Shown here piece after piece: positions 50,731-64,000 of a DNA stretch of 64,000 nucleotides. The notes under the pieces are model-generated. The model did not search any database. It saw only the letters and a list, made by a program, of their open reading frames with translations, and had not been told where the DNA came from. The position numbers and the translations under genes are program-made. The DNA comes from Sphyrna mokarran (lineage: Eukaryota): positions 14,136,001 through 14,200,000 of the forward strand of contig JAGIQG010000008.1 of assembly GCA_024679065.1 (NCBI GenBank), written 5' to 3'. Every line of letters starts with the position of its first letter. Positions within the stretch are counted from its first letter, which is position 1.

Positions 50731-52188
50731 CTGTAAACAATCACATCAGGACAAATAAGCATAAAATTAAGCTAGTACAATCAATGCTTAAAACTATCCC
50801 TCCTCATTATTTACTTTTACATTTACTATTAGCACGTTAAAATTAAGAGATAACTTGTTTCAATAATAAATCCATAGTGTTTCCGTTAAAAAAAATATTG
50901 CATGCATACGCTTCAATTAACGATGTATCTTTTCAAAAGTGGCCATAACATTTACTTTACAGCGAAGATGCTGTAACCACCAACAGTTTAAAACAAATGC
51001 TTGGTCAATGATTGCAAGTGAATGGACAAGTACCTTCTTTATTTTCAAACAAGTTCTTACAACAGTTAACAAAAAAATCCAAATTCAAGGCTAAATTAGA
51101 TAGATTTTTGATCTACGATGTTTGATCTTTTGATAAGGGAGTCAAGGCTATGGAGAGCAGACAGGAAAGTTGTGACCACAACCAGATCAGCCATAATCTC
51201 ATCAAATGGTAGAACATGTTTTAGGTCCATGTTTTAAATGGACATAAATCATGCATGTTCTTGAAACATACCTAAATTATTTAAACCAATCCGTGTGTGC
51301 AACGCTAACTATCATATACAGATTATTATTTGTACATGAAAGAATCTAGAAGTCTTTTTAAAAATAAGCAACAGGAGCAAATTCAAACCCCAAAACAGAA
51401 TTAAAACAGCTACCAACTGTCTTCATGTACTGAATGTTAGTTAAAATGAAGAAAAATACTGCATTTCTAATTAAAATCTGGAATAAATTCTGATTCTCAT
51501 TTTCTTACATTAGTTAAAATACTCATTCCTGATCAAACCTAGAATAAATTAGAAGATGGGAAAGAACAATTGCAAAAATTAAGTGAAACAAGAAGTGAGA
51601 AGTGAAATGACAGCAGAAAGCCCAACAACAGCACAGTTTGATGGTGAGTGACAAGAAACAGTATTTATTGTGGACCTCAAAGAAAAGCTGTTAAAAAGAT
51701 TTAGCATGCTTCAGTGTACCCATTTCCTTTATTAGCCATAATCACCCAATATTCTCTCAATTCAGGAATTGTCCTTTTAGATTGGAAAATTTCAACTGCA
51801 GCTCCATTATTTAAGAATGATGGGAGAGAAAACTAGAAAGAATAATTCTTGTAGTCTAACATCTATTGTGGGTAAGTTATTGAAATTTATAAACAAAGAC
51901 AAAATGTCTGAACACATGTATCAATAACGGGTAGGTCATGTCTAAAAGTAACCAACTGAATAGATTTATTACTGTAACTTCAATGTTCATTTCAGTATCA
52001 CCTGCAAAACAGAAATCACAACTACCAAAAAAAAGGGAAAATCAGCAGACGTAATTTTTACTTTAAACCTCTTTTTTGCTGTCAATTTACATTACACAGA
52101 CAAAAAGATCAGTTCATAAAATAAGGATGAAAGCACTTCTGAAACGTTTTCATAATTCGATTACGAAGGATATGTTTGCTTCCAAAAC

Positions 52189-52421
52189 TTGGGTCACTGT
52201 GCGGAGTCTGCACGTTCTCCCAACATTTGTATGGGCTTACTCCAGGTGCTCCGGTTTTCTCCCACAGTCCACAATGTGTGCTGTTAGATGCACTGGCCAT
52301 GCTAAATTCTCCCTCAGTGAACTCGAACAGGCGCTGGAATGTGACGACTAGGGGATTTTCACAGTAACTGCATTGCAGTGTTAAGATAAGCCTATTTGTG
52401 ACATGAATAAATAAACTTTAA
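52189..52421 (+). mobile_element. V-SINE (5'-truncated)
   Basis: V-domain and GTGTTAAGATAAGCCTATTTGTGAC..AATAAATAAAC tail. Confidence 0.8.
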
Positions 52422-52771
52422 ATGAAAAGATTGAACGAAATTGGGTCTATATCCTTTGGAGTTCCAAAGAATAATGTTACTGAAACACACAAAATCCTGA
52501 AGGGATAAGAGTGGATAAGGATATTTTTTCTTGCGAGAGTCAGTGTTTAAGAATAAGAGTTCTCCAATTTAAAATGGAAATGAGGAGACTTTTCATTCTC
52601 TCAGAGGATCCTTAGCATGTAGGATTCTCTTCCCTAGAAACCTGAAGTTTAGGTCACTGAATTTATTCAAGGTTAAACTAGATAAGATTTTTGATAGACA
52701 AGAGTGTTGGTGAGTAGGCAGAAAAGAGGAGTTGAGATAATTAGATAATCTTACTGAATGGTGGAGCAGGC

Positions 52772-53984
52772 TGTCAGGAAACAGAGATAGATTCAAGTGA
52801 TCTATATTTGTATTGTTAAATATTAAATATAAGGTGAGATTTAAATGGGTTGAATTTAGTGTTCTGCACAGGAAAGAGTACAACTCTAGATTGTGCTTGA
52901 TGTATGGACGTTTTGATTTTAGTTAAAACTATGTTCAGAGTGCTGAGAGCAGGTTTACCATGTGTAAAGTAAGTAAGAAACTGGAGAACGAATGAGCTGC
53001 TGCTTAGCAACTAGGGGCCACTTTTAGGGAATTTTTTTTGAGTTTAGTTTTTAACCGAAAGCCAGTATAGAAAGCAGCTTTTCACCAATTTTCTAAAAGA
53101 AAAGCCATACAATGGAGTAAGGGGCAAGGAGCAAATGCCAGAAATCTAAAGAATGCCTAGTTAAGAAAATTGATTAAAATAGAAATTTCTAGGAAGTCTG
53201 AAATTAAAGGAGCAGAGGAATTTTGAACAGGATCCTGTTCATTGAAGCCCCCAAAGCAGAGAAGGAATTGGCTATTGAGAAGCCAGAAAGATATCTGAAG
53301 TGATTCTGAGGTTTGTCATATTTTACTACAGCCTGTGAAGGATTAGTCGAAGTAATTTTGAAGCAATTTGTGGTTGGATCTTAGAGTTTGTGTAAAATCA
53401 TTCAAGACAAAGGAATACTGAAAAGTGTGTTAAAAATTTGGAGGTGGGTCCTTATTAAAATGGCAGAGAGAAAGCTTTGGTTGAAATTAGTTAAAAAACC
53501 TGGAGTTTGACCTTTGATGAAAACAGCAGATGGAAAGCACTGGTGGAAATATATTTTCAAGTGTGTCTTTTTGGGAATGGAATTTGGAAACATCATACGA
53601 CCATCATCTGGGGGCATGTGAGGTGAAATTCACAGAAGATCAACTTTTATTTCAGAGTGGAGCATTGTCTGACCAGCCTATTGGGTGACAGAATCTGGTG
53701 TTTATTCATAAGATTGTAGCAAAAGATATATTTTGTAAGCCGTGTTATCCTTAACATTTGTGTGCACGTACGAATATAGGGGGAAAATGAAGGAGTGCTG
53801 CATGCCCCAGTCACATTTTTCATGTTTAATAAATGCTTTTGTTGTTGTTAAAACCTAATTGGCATTCTGTAACTCTATTTCCCCCATGTTTTCTAAAATA
53901 AGTAGAAGCTGCAATCTTATGAGCCAAGGTTCCATTCTGAGATCATCCCGTTCAATTATAACATCAACTGGGATTGTAACCACA
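52772..53984 (+). mobile_element. Probable solo LTR (about 1.2 kb) inserted in a CR1 3' tail
   Basis: CR1 tail GAATGGTGGAGCAGGC breaks at 52771 and resumes CTCAAAAGGCCAAATGTCCTACTCCT near 53985; TGT start, AATAAA near 53828, GGGATTGTAAC end. Confidence 0.5.
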
Positions 53985-54879
53985 CTCAAAAGGCCAAATG
54001 TCCTACTCCTACTCCCAGGTTCGTTGCTCTACGTCCAAGCTTGCCAGTACCAATACAGTTATACTTAATTGCCCTATTAGTATTGTCTTTACATCTCACA
54101 ACCAAATTTGTTAACGACACTGAAATAAAGAGAGAAGCAAAGCTAAAGGATGCAGCTAAAAAAATGCAGATATATTTTTGATCATTTCTGTAACTGAACA
54201 GTTTTTCTGCCAATAAAATTTTAAACTGATAAATGCAGAAGTATTGAATAATGGTTAAAAAATAAATGTCAGGCATTTGTCTCAGTATATATTTTTCAGT
54301 ATGATTCAGCTACTCACTACTCTAACCAAATGAGCCAATAGGTGATAGATGCATCAGCATAAAATTCCTCCTGTTTGAAAAGGAAACGTGACCGCCTAAA
54401 CGGTGTGTGGTTATGTAGGTTGCCTTTGAGTCCATGACAATAAATGTTATCAAAACTTGCTTCTCATGGAATTTTCATAATTAATGTCTTCGCTATAAGG
54501 AAGTTACCAATTATTTGATTCTGATAACCTCAACACAGGCATGTTTATAAACTAATATTTAACTGTTATTTATACTGAGGTCCCTAGGGTATTGATTATT
54601 GAGATCACTTAATGTTTTAATTTGATGGCAATGACTCCAACCAAATCTTGATCTCAATCTTGATCTCAAGAATGCCTTTGATATATAGATTCTTCTTTCC
54701 ATTACTCCCAGCTCTCTCCACTGCTTTTGAAGGTTTCAGTATTCTGATCTATACACAATGATGCATTGCACTTCTGTAATGTTGAATGGTATTGGAAAAC
54801 CCACAGCTGATGTGGTGAATAATAATACTCAGAACTTGGACAACACCACCATTGTCAGAATTTATTGCCCATCTCTAAT

Positions 54880-57276
54880 CAGAACATAGAACAATACAGC
54901 ACAAACAGGCCCTTCGGCCCACGAGTTGCGCTATAACCTATCTATAACCCCCTATCCTATTCCTTTCCATATACTCATCCAGAAGTCTCTTAAAAGACCC
55001 CAGTGAGTTTGCCTCAACAACCTCCGACGGCAGTCGGTTCCATTCACTCACCACCCTCTGAGTGAAAAACCTGCCCCTGACATCTCCTTTGTATTTGCTT
55101 CCCTGCACCTTAAATCTGTGTCTTCTCGTAGTGACCATTTCAGCTCGGGGAAATAGCCTCTGAGAGGCCACCCTATCTATCCCTCTCAACATTTTATAAA
55201 CTTCTATCAGGTCGCCTCTTAACCTACGTCTCTCCAGTGAGAAGAGTCCCAGCTCCCTTAACCTATCTTCATAAGGCCTGCCTCCCAATCCAGACAGCAT
55301 CCTTGTAAATCTCCTCTGAACTCTCTCAATAGCCTCTACATCCTTCCTATAATGAGGCGACCAGAACTGCGCACAATACTCCAACTGGGGTCTGACAAGA
55401 GTCTTATAGAGCTGCATCATTACTTCCTGACTCCTAAACTCTATTCCTCAATTAATAAAGGCTAGTACACCTTATGCCTTCTTGACCACTTCCTCCACCT
55501 GCAAGACCGATTTAAGAGTCCTATGGACCCGGACCCCGAGATCCTTCTGCTCTACAATACAGATAAGACTCCTACACCTTATATTGTACACCTTCATCCC
55601 ATTATTCCTACCAAAATGGACCACTACACATTTATCTGCATTGAAGTCCATCTGCCACTTCTCCGCCCAGTCTTGCATCCTGTCTATGTCCCGCTGCATC
55701 CCTCCAGACCATCCACAACACCACCGATCTTTGTATCGTCGGCGAACTTGCTAACCCATCCCTCCACTTCCTCATCCAGGTCATTTATGTAAATGACAAA
55801 CAGCAGGGGTCCCAGAACAGATCCCTGGGGCACTCCACTGGTTACCCACCTCCATGCAGAACATGACACAACCACAACCACTCTCTGCCTTCTGCCGGCA
55901 AGCCAGTTCTGGATACACGAGGCCAAAGCCCCTTGGATCCCATGCCCTCTCACCTTCTCCAGAAGCCTTGCATGGGGGACCTTATCAAATGCCTTACTAA
56001 AGTCCATGTACACTATGTCCACCGCCCTTCCTTCGTCAACGTGTTCAGTCACATTTTCGAAGAACTCAACTAGGCTCATAAGGCATGACCTGCCCTTGAC
56101 AAAACCATGCTGACTATTTCTAATCAGTCCAAACTTCTCCAAATGTTCATATATCTTATCCCTCAGAAGCCTTTCCATCAGCTTATCAACCACTGAAGTC
56201 AAACTCACCGGTCAGTAATTTCCTGGACTATCCCTGTTCCCTTTCTTAAAGGTAGGAACCACATCCGCAATCCTCCAATCCTCCGGAACCTCTCCCGTTT
56301 CCATGGACGACGCAAAGATCATCGCCAGGGGCTCTGCAACCACTTCCCTCAACTCCCACAATAACCTGGGATACATCCCATAAGGTCCTGGCGACTTGTC
56401 TATCTTGATAGAATTTAACAGGTCTAACACATCCTCTTTCCTAACATCCACATACTCAATCTTTTCCGTATGCCTCAAACCTGCAGTGCAATCTCCCAGT
56501 TCACTTTCCACCGTGGATACCGAGGCAAAGTACTCATTAAGCACCTCTGCCACTTCTTCCGGATTCACACAGACTTTTCCCCCTTCACCTTTTATAGGCC
56601 CTATCCCTTCTCTTCTCATCCTTTTACTTTTCACATATTTGTAGAAAGCCTTGGGATTCTCCTTAATCTTACCTGCCAAGGCCTTCTCATGACCCCTTCT
56701 GGCTCTCCTAATTTCCTTTTTAAGTTCCCTTCTACACACCTTATACTCCTCTAGATTCCTAACATCCCCCAGCTCTCTGAACCTTTTATATACCTTTTTT
56801 CCCTTCCTAACTAGGTTCACCACTACCTTCGTGTACCACGGTTCCCGCGTCCTACCAGAACCTCCTTGACTCCTCGGAACGTTGTCTTGCAGTGCCCCAG
56901 ACAAACAATCCTTGAAAAACCGCCACTTTCCTTCTGTACTCTTCTCCAAGAACACCTCCTTCCAGTTTATGCGTCCAATTACCTGCCTAATGTTTTCATA
57001 TTTCTCCTTACTCCAGACATACACCTTCCTAGCCTGCCTGATCCTATCTCTTTCCATCGCTATCGTGAAAGAGATAGAATTATAATCTCCATTCCCAAGA
57101 TGCTCACCTACCGTGAGATCCGACACCTGCCCTGGCTCATTAGCAAGCACCAGGTCAAGTACAGCCTCTCCTCTTGTAGGCTTTTCCACGTACTGTGTCA
57201 GGAAACCTTCCTGAACACACCTAATAAACTCCACACCATCCAAACCCCTTACCCTTGGGATATTCCAGTCGATGTT
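54880..57276 (-). mobile_element. Young 5'-truncated CR1/HER1-like LINE, ORF2 reverse transcriptase with few disruptions
   Basis: ORF pieces 56212-57243, 55684-56208, 55472-55699, 54938-55420 with [37 protein letters not shown] motifs; AGAACATAGAAC tail. Confidence 0.95.
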
Positions 57277-57665
57277 TGCCCCAAGGTGATGGGCCCCAAG
57301 TCTAAATTGTCACAAACTTTTATAAAAAAAAGTACAAACCATCATTAAAAAACTACAAATGAAATTCCTGATTTCATAACAAGATATTGCCAATAACATG
57401 AGCAAAAGATAAACTAGTTTTCTAAATACTAACAAGCTTTGCGCAGGAGCACCATATAAATAACACGGCACACTTCACATCAAACTTTAATAGGTGAATA
57501 TTCCAGCAGACTTGACAAACTTGTTTGGTAGCCTATTTAGCTGAGATGAACAAATTATGAACTTGCGTATCTTGGGTTCTTGATTGTTAAATTTTGTATT
57601 CACAATGAAAACGTTATCACAACAAACACTGTCAACACACATTAGCATCCTGTAGTATAACTTAC

Positions 57666-57884
57666 TGTCATCAAAAACTCCAGCATGCGCAAGCAAAATG
57701 GTGGTGATTCTGGGGTCTTTTTCAAGTTGCATGATGTGCTTATTCCCATTTGACAGAAGAGTGCAAACGTTAATTGCAAAGTCCACTTCATTAGGGAGTC
57801 CAGACAGAAGAGAAAGCACCAATTTATTGTAGTCACTAAGTGTTACAAACTCCGTATTAAGTCCATAGCTTTGTCGAATATAAT
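57666..57884 (-). CDS. ARID2: ARID2 exon (5 equivalent), 219 nt; most upstream exon in the window
   Basis: DYIRQSYGL...[29 protein letters not shown]...[10 protein letters not shown]; TTTTAG acceptor, GTAAG donor. Confidence 0.97.
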
Positions 57885-59590
57885 CTAAAAGAAAAAACAA
57901 ATTATTAAGCATAAGTAAAAATTATGCTGATTTATCAGTGCTCTATTAACGTAAAGTACTCTGTTGTGATGATGATGCATCAGCCAATCATTTTCACCGA
58001 TTTTTAAATACCAATATTTTTGCATGTTATGTTTAATGAAAATACATTTTCATATTCTGTCTCAAATGCAAAGCATGGAGCATCAAGTGGAATTATACTA
58101 TGGGTTGTTAATTTGAGTACAAAAAGAACACAACTATGCACAAAACAAGCAAACCAATTCTATAATCAGATCAGTCACATACTTGCTCATTGAAAATAAA
58201 AAGTTGCAACTTTATCAACAACACAGCATGCACCTAATTGGCAACTTAAATTGCAACAGGTTTCATCTGAGCCTGTACTATCCATATCCTGCTCCATGTG
58301 GCAGATAATACAGAAAACGTAGGATATAGACGATGATTAATTTGATTTATTGTCACATGAATTAATATACACAGTGAAAAGTATTGTTTCTCACATGCTA
58401 TATGAAGCATACCATACATGGAGAACAAAAGGAGAGAGTGACGAATGTAGTGTTGCAGTAATACAAGAGTTAGAATAAAATAAATTTCGAATGAAGTTTT
58501 AGAAGCACAGAGCAAGGGTAAAACATAGAATTAGAGGGTATGCTGGGCATAGCTTTCAAGAAGTCAACATGCTCCAGCGCTATCTTGGAGTTTCTTGAGG
58601 TTAAAGATGACTAACTCAATGTCAGAACCCATTTGTAACACTGAGGAAGAAGAGGTCAGACTAGCAAATTTGTAATACAACACCCAGAGGTCATGTACTC
58701 AAATTCTACCAGGACAACATTCAGAGCAGAAGTCAGTGAATCTGCTTATCTGTGATTAGCAGGGGGGAGAAAAAACGAAATTACCACATCATAGTAATGG
58801 AAATTGTTTGATACCAACAGCATATATCAATTTCATTGCTATCTGAATAACTGAGATAGGTATGAGTTTAGCCACACCATTCAGCAATGCCCATTCAATA
58901 GACTTGTCTATATGATGTGGCTGACTCTTAATGCTACATGAAATACTCCAACAAACCAGTCATTAGGACAACTAGGGACATGCAATAAACATGGTTTGGC
59001 CAGTGTTAGCCACATCACGAAAATAAATAAAATCTCTGTCAGGATGTGAACAAAAGTAGCACTAGTGTTATTAAAATATGAAGAAAGCTGGTAATGGTAG
59101 ATAGGAATCTAGGAAAATATCAATGGTTCTATCCTTCTTGAATTAACTACTCTAAGAGCTCTTTTATGACCAAAAAAAGTCATGCTACCACACTATTTTG
59201 AAAGAAACCTTTTCTGGAAGTACATTGTCACCATAGACTAAATTAATTTATTCTCACAAACTAAAGCAGAGTTAATTAGATCTAAATCTAATGTTGCTGT
59301 GCCAATTTTCCAGTATAAAACAAAGGCAACAGTATCAATTTCTCAAGGCAGAGATCTATGCCTTTCTTCTGATCAACAGGTTGAGGACTTTGTTCACAAC
59401 TGTATACATCTTCAAACCAGATTGATAAATTAATCTGCCCCAATTAGAGCTTGCAATGTGCGCTAGCCCACTCTGGCCATCTCTCCAAATTGCCTTCTCC
59501 CGTTCTTTACTTGCCTCCTAGTGCAAATGAACTTACAAATGGGTAGATCATTCAGTTCCTCAAGCCTGTGGAAAGAAATCAATATCAGTT

Positions 59591-59886
59591 CATAGAATCT
59601 CTACAGTACAGAAGGAGGCCATTTGACCCATCAAATCTGTACCAACCACAATCTCATCCAGGCCCTATTCGCGTAACCCTCGTTTATCTTGCTAATCCCC
59701 CTGACACTAGGGTCAATTTAGCACGGCTATCAACCTAATTTGCACGTCTTTGTCTGCTTGGGTTTCCTCCAGTTGCTCCAGTTTCCTCCCACAATCCACA
59801 GGGAGAAAGTGCAAATTCCACACAGAGGCTGGAATTGAACTTGGGTCCCTGGTGCTGTGAGGCAGCACTGCTAACCACTGTGCCAT
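59591..59886 (-). mobile_element. V-SINE (HE1-like), internally rearranged
   Basis: CATAGAATCTCTACAG tail and GGTGCTGTGAGGCAGCACTGCTAACCACTGTGCC head (reverse); central V segment about 59750-59795 inverted. Confidence 0.75.
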
Positions 59887-59899
59887 CGTTCTTCAGAAC

Positions 59900-60850
59900 T
59901 TCTTCCTCTTGCAATGAGCAACAACATTCCATTTGCCTTCCTAATCAGTTGTTGGACACACATTTCAAATTTTTGAGATTTATGTATAGAGACACCCAGA
60001 TCCCTCTGTAGCTCAATAATTCTGCAACACTATTTAAATAACTTTTTTTGTTCTTTCTGCTAAAATGGCAAATTCATATTTTCCTCACATAATACTCCAT
60101 CTACCAATTTTTATCCAATCACTTAACTATCTGTATCTTATTACAAAATCTTTTTGTTCTCTTCAGATCTTACTCATCCTCCTATCTTTCTATCATCAGC
60201 AAATTTAGCTATCGCACATTTGGTTCAGTCATCCAAGTCATTAATATAGATTGTAAATGGCTGAGGCCCCAGCAATGACCCTTATGACACTCCACTTGTT
60301 ACATCTTAACCTCAATGCCTATCATTTCCTATTAGCTAACAAATCTTCTATCCATACTAATTTGTTACCGTCTACATCAGGATTTCTTATTTTGTGTAGG
60401 AACCCCTGATTTGACACCTTATCAAACATCTTTTGGAAATCTAAGTATACCGCGTCCACAGGTCTCCTTTTATTAGGAGTCTTGTTACTTCCTCAAAGAA
60501 CACTAGTAAATTAATCACAGTTTCCCTTTTACAAAACTATTGTGGCTTGGCCTGATTACCTAATATTTTAAAAGTACCTTGCTGTAAAACTTCCTTGATA
60601 ATAGATTCAGCATTTTCCCTTTGGCAGATGTTATGTTAATTTGACTGTATTTTCCTATTTTCTGTTCCCCTCCTTTCTTGAATAGAGAAGTTACATTTGA
60701 TATTTTCCAAACTGATGAGACCTCTTCAGAATCTAGAACATTTTGGAAAATTACCATGAATGCATCTACTATCTCAGCAGCCATTTTTTTAAAGACCCTA
60801 GGATGAAGTGGATCTGGGACCTTGTCAGATTTCAATTGTAATAATGTCCT
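59900..60850 (-). mobile_element. Decayed CR1 RT fragment
   Basis: KVPDPLHPRVFKKMAAEIVDAFMVIFQNVLDSEEVSSVWKISNVTSLFKKG. Confidence 0.75.
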
Positions 60851-62840
60851 CAGTACCCTTTCATTGGTGAATAGAATTTTGAGTTGCAATTTCTTGATTC
60901 ACAGTTATTTCTGGGATCTTATTTGTACAATTTTCCTATAATTAGTATGGAGAAAAACAGACAATACGCCAACAGATGCATTGTGCAAATTTCCTTAATG
61001 GTCATGTGCAGATTGCCTAATTTATTCTGAGGACAGAGGATAAATTTAGGGCAGAATTCTCCCCAACAGCATGCAGCAGATTTGTGGATAGTACGGGTGA
61101 TGAATCTAGCAAGAGTCAAAAAAATCGAAAACTTGTCGTTGTTAAATCTTGCTACTATTCTCTAAATGACAGGTCTCCCTTCCCACTGGCAGATGTTGCA
61201 AATGCTTTATTTCTATCTTAGGAGTGCTCATTAAAACAGCTGCCTGGGGCCATCCCATCAGGCCTTTCAATGTTGTATCATATCTGATTGCTAATAAGTG
61301 GTAAGCACAAGGCGATCCTCAGGTTAGAGTGAGTACAACAACTTTCTGCCATAGTGCTGCTCTCTTTCTGAGATGCTGTTCACCATTATGCTGGGGCAGA
61401 CCAGCTCCTACCTCCATTTCCCATGCTGAACTGTGTTGATGGGCAGAACCTTGATGCTGGACCCATGGACCTCCTGTGTTAGAGTCAGATAGGTACTGTG
61501 CCTGCAACTGTACAGGACAGGGAATTCCATAGAACCCTCCTTCAGTAGATAATATGATATCCCTGGTGCCATACAGCAGAGTTTATCTGGGTAGGAAGGT
61601 GCTGTGGGACTTGTGCTGACACTGTAACAAAGGTCTGAATTTTGACCGGCATGGGTGGAGTATGAAGGGATGAGGTTTAACAAGAGCAAGAGGGGACAAT
61701 GTTGAAAGGCAGCTGTGCAAGGAGGGAGGGAGGAAGGATGGATGAGGGCTCATGATGGCAAGCAGAAAAGGATGCAGATGAAGATGAAGACGAAGAATGG
61801 AAAGTGGAGGGAAAACTGAGGGAAGGGAAACTGGACTCCAACAAGACTATATAACAAACCCCCAAACAAGGGACTCAAAGGGATACCCACATTGTTTACT
61901 GAAGGGGATGGAGGAAGACTCCCAATAAAATCATATGAGGTCCAAATGAGCCATGGGCACTTCACATGATGGGTTTGGGGAGAGTCTAGCTGAATCGAGG
62001 AACAAATATCTTCTCTCCTTTAACCATATCTGTAATTGCAATATCATAATTCCATGTAGTAATCCAAGGTCTCAGTTCATCTGTCTTACATGATATATTT
62101 AATTACATAATATATATTTTGAGCTGATTTTGAAAAAAAGCAACATGTCCCTACACATCTATGATTTCCCTTGCAACTTCTCGCCACAAGTGAAGTGAAA
62201 CTCCCATCATCAGAGTCAGTAGCAGCTGAGAAAGGTTTGTATTCACAGCTGACTGCTCAATATTTTACACAGAACATACAGTGTAGAAACTTTAGCTCTG
62301 TTCTCTCTCCACGGATGTGGTCAGGCTTGCTGAGATTTTCCAGCAATTATCTTTTTTGTTTTAGACACCAGCATCCACACAATTTGTGTTTATATCATTG
62401 GCCTTTGCACATCACACAAGTGAATATATTCTTTGTCTAACCCTTCACTGGGGTGGAGTTAACATTTCAAATTTTTCCTCACTCAAATAGTAAATAGGTA
62501 CGGTGTTAAACATTAATTTTAAAATATAAAATATGTTTAGACAGTCACATGGGAAAGATGAACATAGAAGGATATGGGCCAAATGGGATTAGCTTTTGGG
62601 TGTGTGTGGTGTGTGTGTGTGTGGTGTAAAAACAAAGGGTGGCATGGACAAATTGGGCCAAAGGGCCTGTTTTCATGTGTAAACCTCTATGACAGCTTTG
62701 AAAAGAAACTTCACTTGCTGAGCAAAAAAAATAGATACGAGTATTAGAATGCAGAATGAATCTGTGTTTCTGGCAATATTCCCAGTCTCAGGATGTTCAC
62801 TCAGTCATCCTCACCCTCTAAGTGGATGATAGTGTGTGTT

Positions 62841-63120
62841 TAAAGTTGTATTTAATAGTCACACTTGCGTTCACATTAACACTGAAATGAAGTTACGATG
62901 AAAATCCCCTAGTCATCACACTCCAGTGCCTGTTCAGGTAAACTGAGGGAGAATTTAGCATGGCCAATGCATCTAACCAGCATGTCTTTCTGACAGTGGG
63001 AGGAAACTGGAACACCTGGGGGAATCCACGCAAACACAGGAGGGCAGACAGTCATCCAAGTGGGAACTGACCCGGGGCTCTTGGCGCTGTAAGGCAGCAG
63101 TGCTAACCATTGTCCCACCA
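62841..63120 (-). mobile_element. V-SINE (HE1-like)
   Basis: Same head, V-domain and tail as 4353-4627. Confidence 0.8.
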
Positions 63121-63506
63121 TGCATGTGTGGGTGAGGGAGAATGAGAACAAGTTGGTAAAGAGCCAGACTTGAGGGTATATACACACTTACTCTCCTTGC
63201 ACTCTTCTTTCCCTCACTCTCCTCTACCTTACTCTCTCCCTCCCTCCCCTCATCTTACTCTCACCTGCACTATTCCCCTTCTGCTCTCTCATCACCACAC
63301 CCCACATTTCTCTCTCTCAGCCATATTTCTCTGTCACCGTTCCCCCCCACCCCACCCTCTCTTACCAGTCCTCAGAATTAATTTCAAATGCATTCAGCTT
63401 TCTTTAAGCAATGTCATGTCATTTCAAAGCAAAGATTATACAACAAAAACGAAAAAAAATGAGATCATTGGCACTTGGTTTGATTTACATTTTCCACCAT
63501 AACTCG

Positions 63507-64000
63507 GTTACAAGTGGTGTACCTCAGGGATCTGTTTTGGGGCCCCTGCTGTTTGTAATTTTTATAATTGATCTGGATGAGGGTATTGAAGGATGGATTA
63601 GTAAATTTGCTGATGACACCAAAGTCCGAGGAGTGGTAGATAATGAAGAGGGGTGTTATAGTTTGCAGAGAGACTTGGACAAGTTGCAGAGCTGGGCCGA
63701 GAGGTGGCAAATGGAGTTTAATGAGGAAAAGTGTGAGGTAATTTACTTTGGCAGGAATAACAAATGTGTAGAGTACAGGGCTAATGGTAGGACTCTTAAT
63801 AGTGTTGAAGAACAGAGGGATCTTGATGTATATGTGCATAGATCCCTGAAAGTTGGCAATCAAGTCGATAAGGTTGTTAAGAAGGCATACGGAGTCTTAG
63901 CTTTTATTGATAGGGGGATTGAATTTCGGAGCCGCAACGTCATGTTGCAACTGTACAACACTCTAGTGCGGCCGCACTTGGAGTATTGTGTACAATTCTG
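63507..64000 (+). mobile_element. 5'-truncated young CR1 LINE, uninterrupted RT frame running off the window
   Basis: [39 protein letters not shown]...LVRPHLEYCVQF with no stop in 494 nt. Confidence 0.92.

Noticed and set aside
54938-57243. Active reverse transcriptase gene
   Set aside because: 5'-truncated, with frameshifts and an in-frame stop; a dead CR1 copy
57885-64000. ARID-domain or upstream ARID2 exons
   Set aside because: No matching coding sequence found by eye; these exons must lie beyond the window

Overview
Eukaryotic, AT-rich vertebrate genomic DNA, almost certainly from a cartilaginous fish (shark-type V-SINE/HE1-like SINEs, CR1/HER1-like LINEs; taxon is an inference). It contains the 3' part of ARID2 (BAF200, PBAF subunit) on the minus strand. 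Seventeen coding exons (equivalent to human exons 5-21) run from 57884 down to a TGA at 6295-6297, all with GT-AG boundaries and one continuous frame (4997 nt, about 1665 aa), followed by a 3' UTR of about 1.3 kb. The ARID-domain exons lie beyond the right edge. Introns and flank are filled with CR1, L2 and RTE LINE fragments, two tRNA-type SINE families, probable solo LTRs and MITEs, and a young 27-bp minisatellite. Most notable: (1) five Penelope-like-derived insertions, mostly fold-backs with minimal hammerhead-ribozyme cores; one duplicated an ARID2 splice donor in its target-site duplication, creating an AG|GT recursive-splice-like site; (2) a 294-bp retroposed element with a U2 snRNA head, A-rich tail and perfect 15-bp TSD (candidate U2-derived SINE); (3) an extended miR-155 complementary site between two Pumilio elements in the 3' UTR. 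Exon numbering and repeat-family names rest on my recall of homologues, not on database searches. Repeat boundaries without a TSD are approximate.
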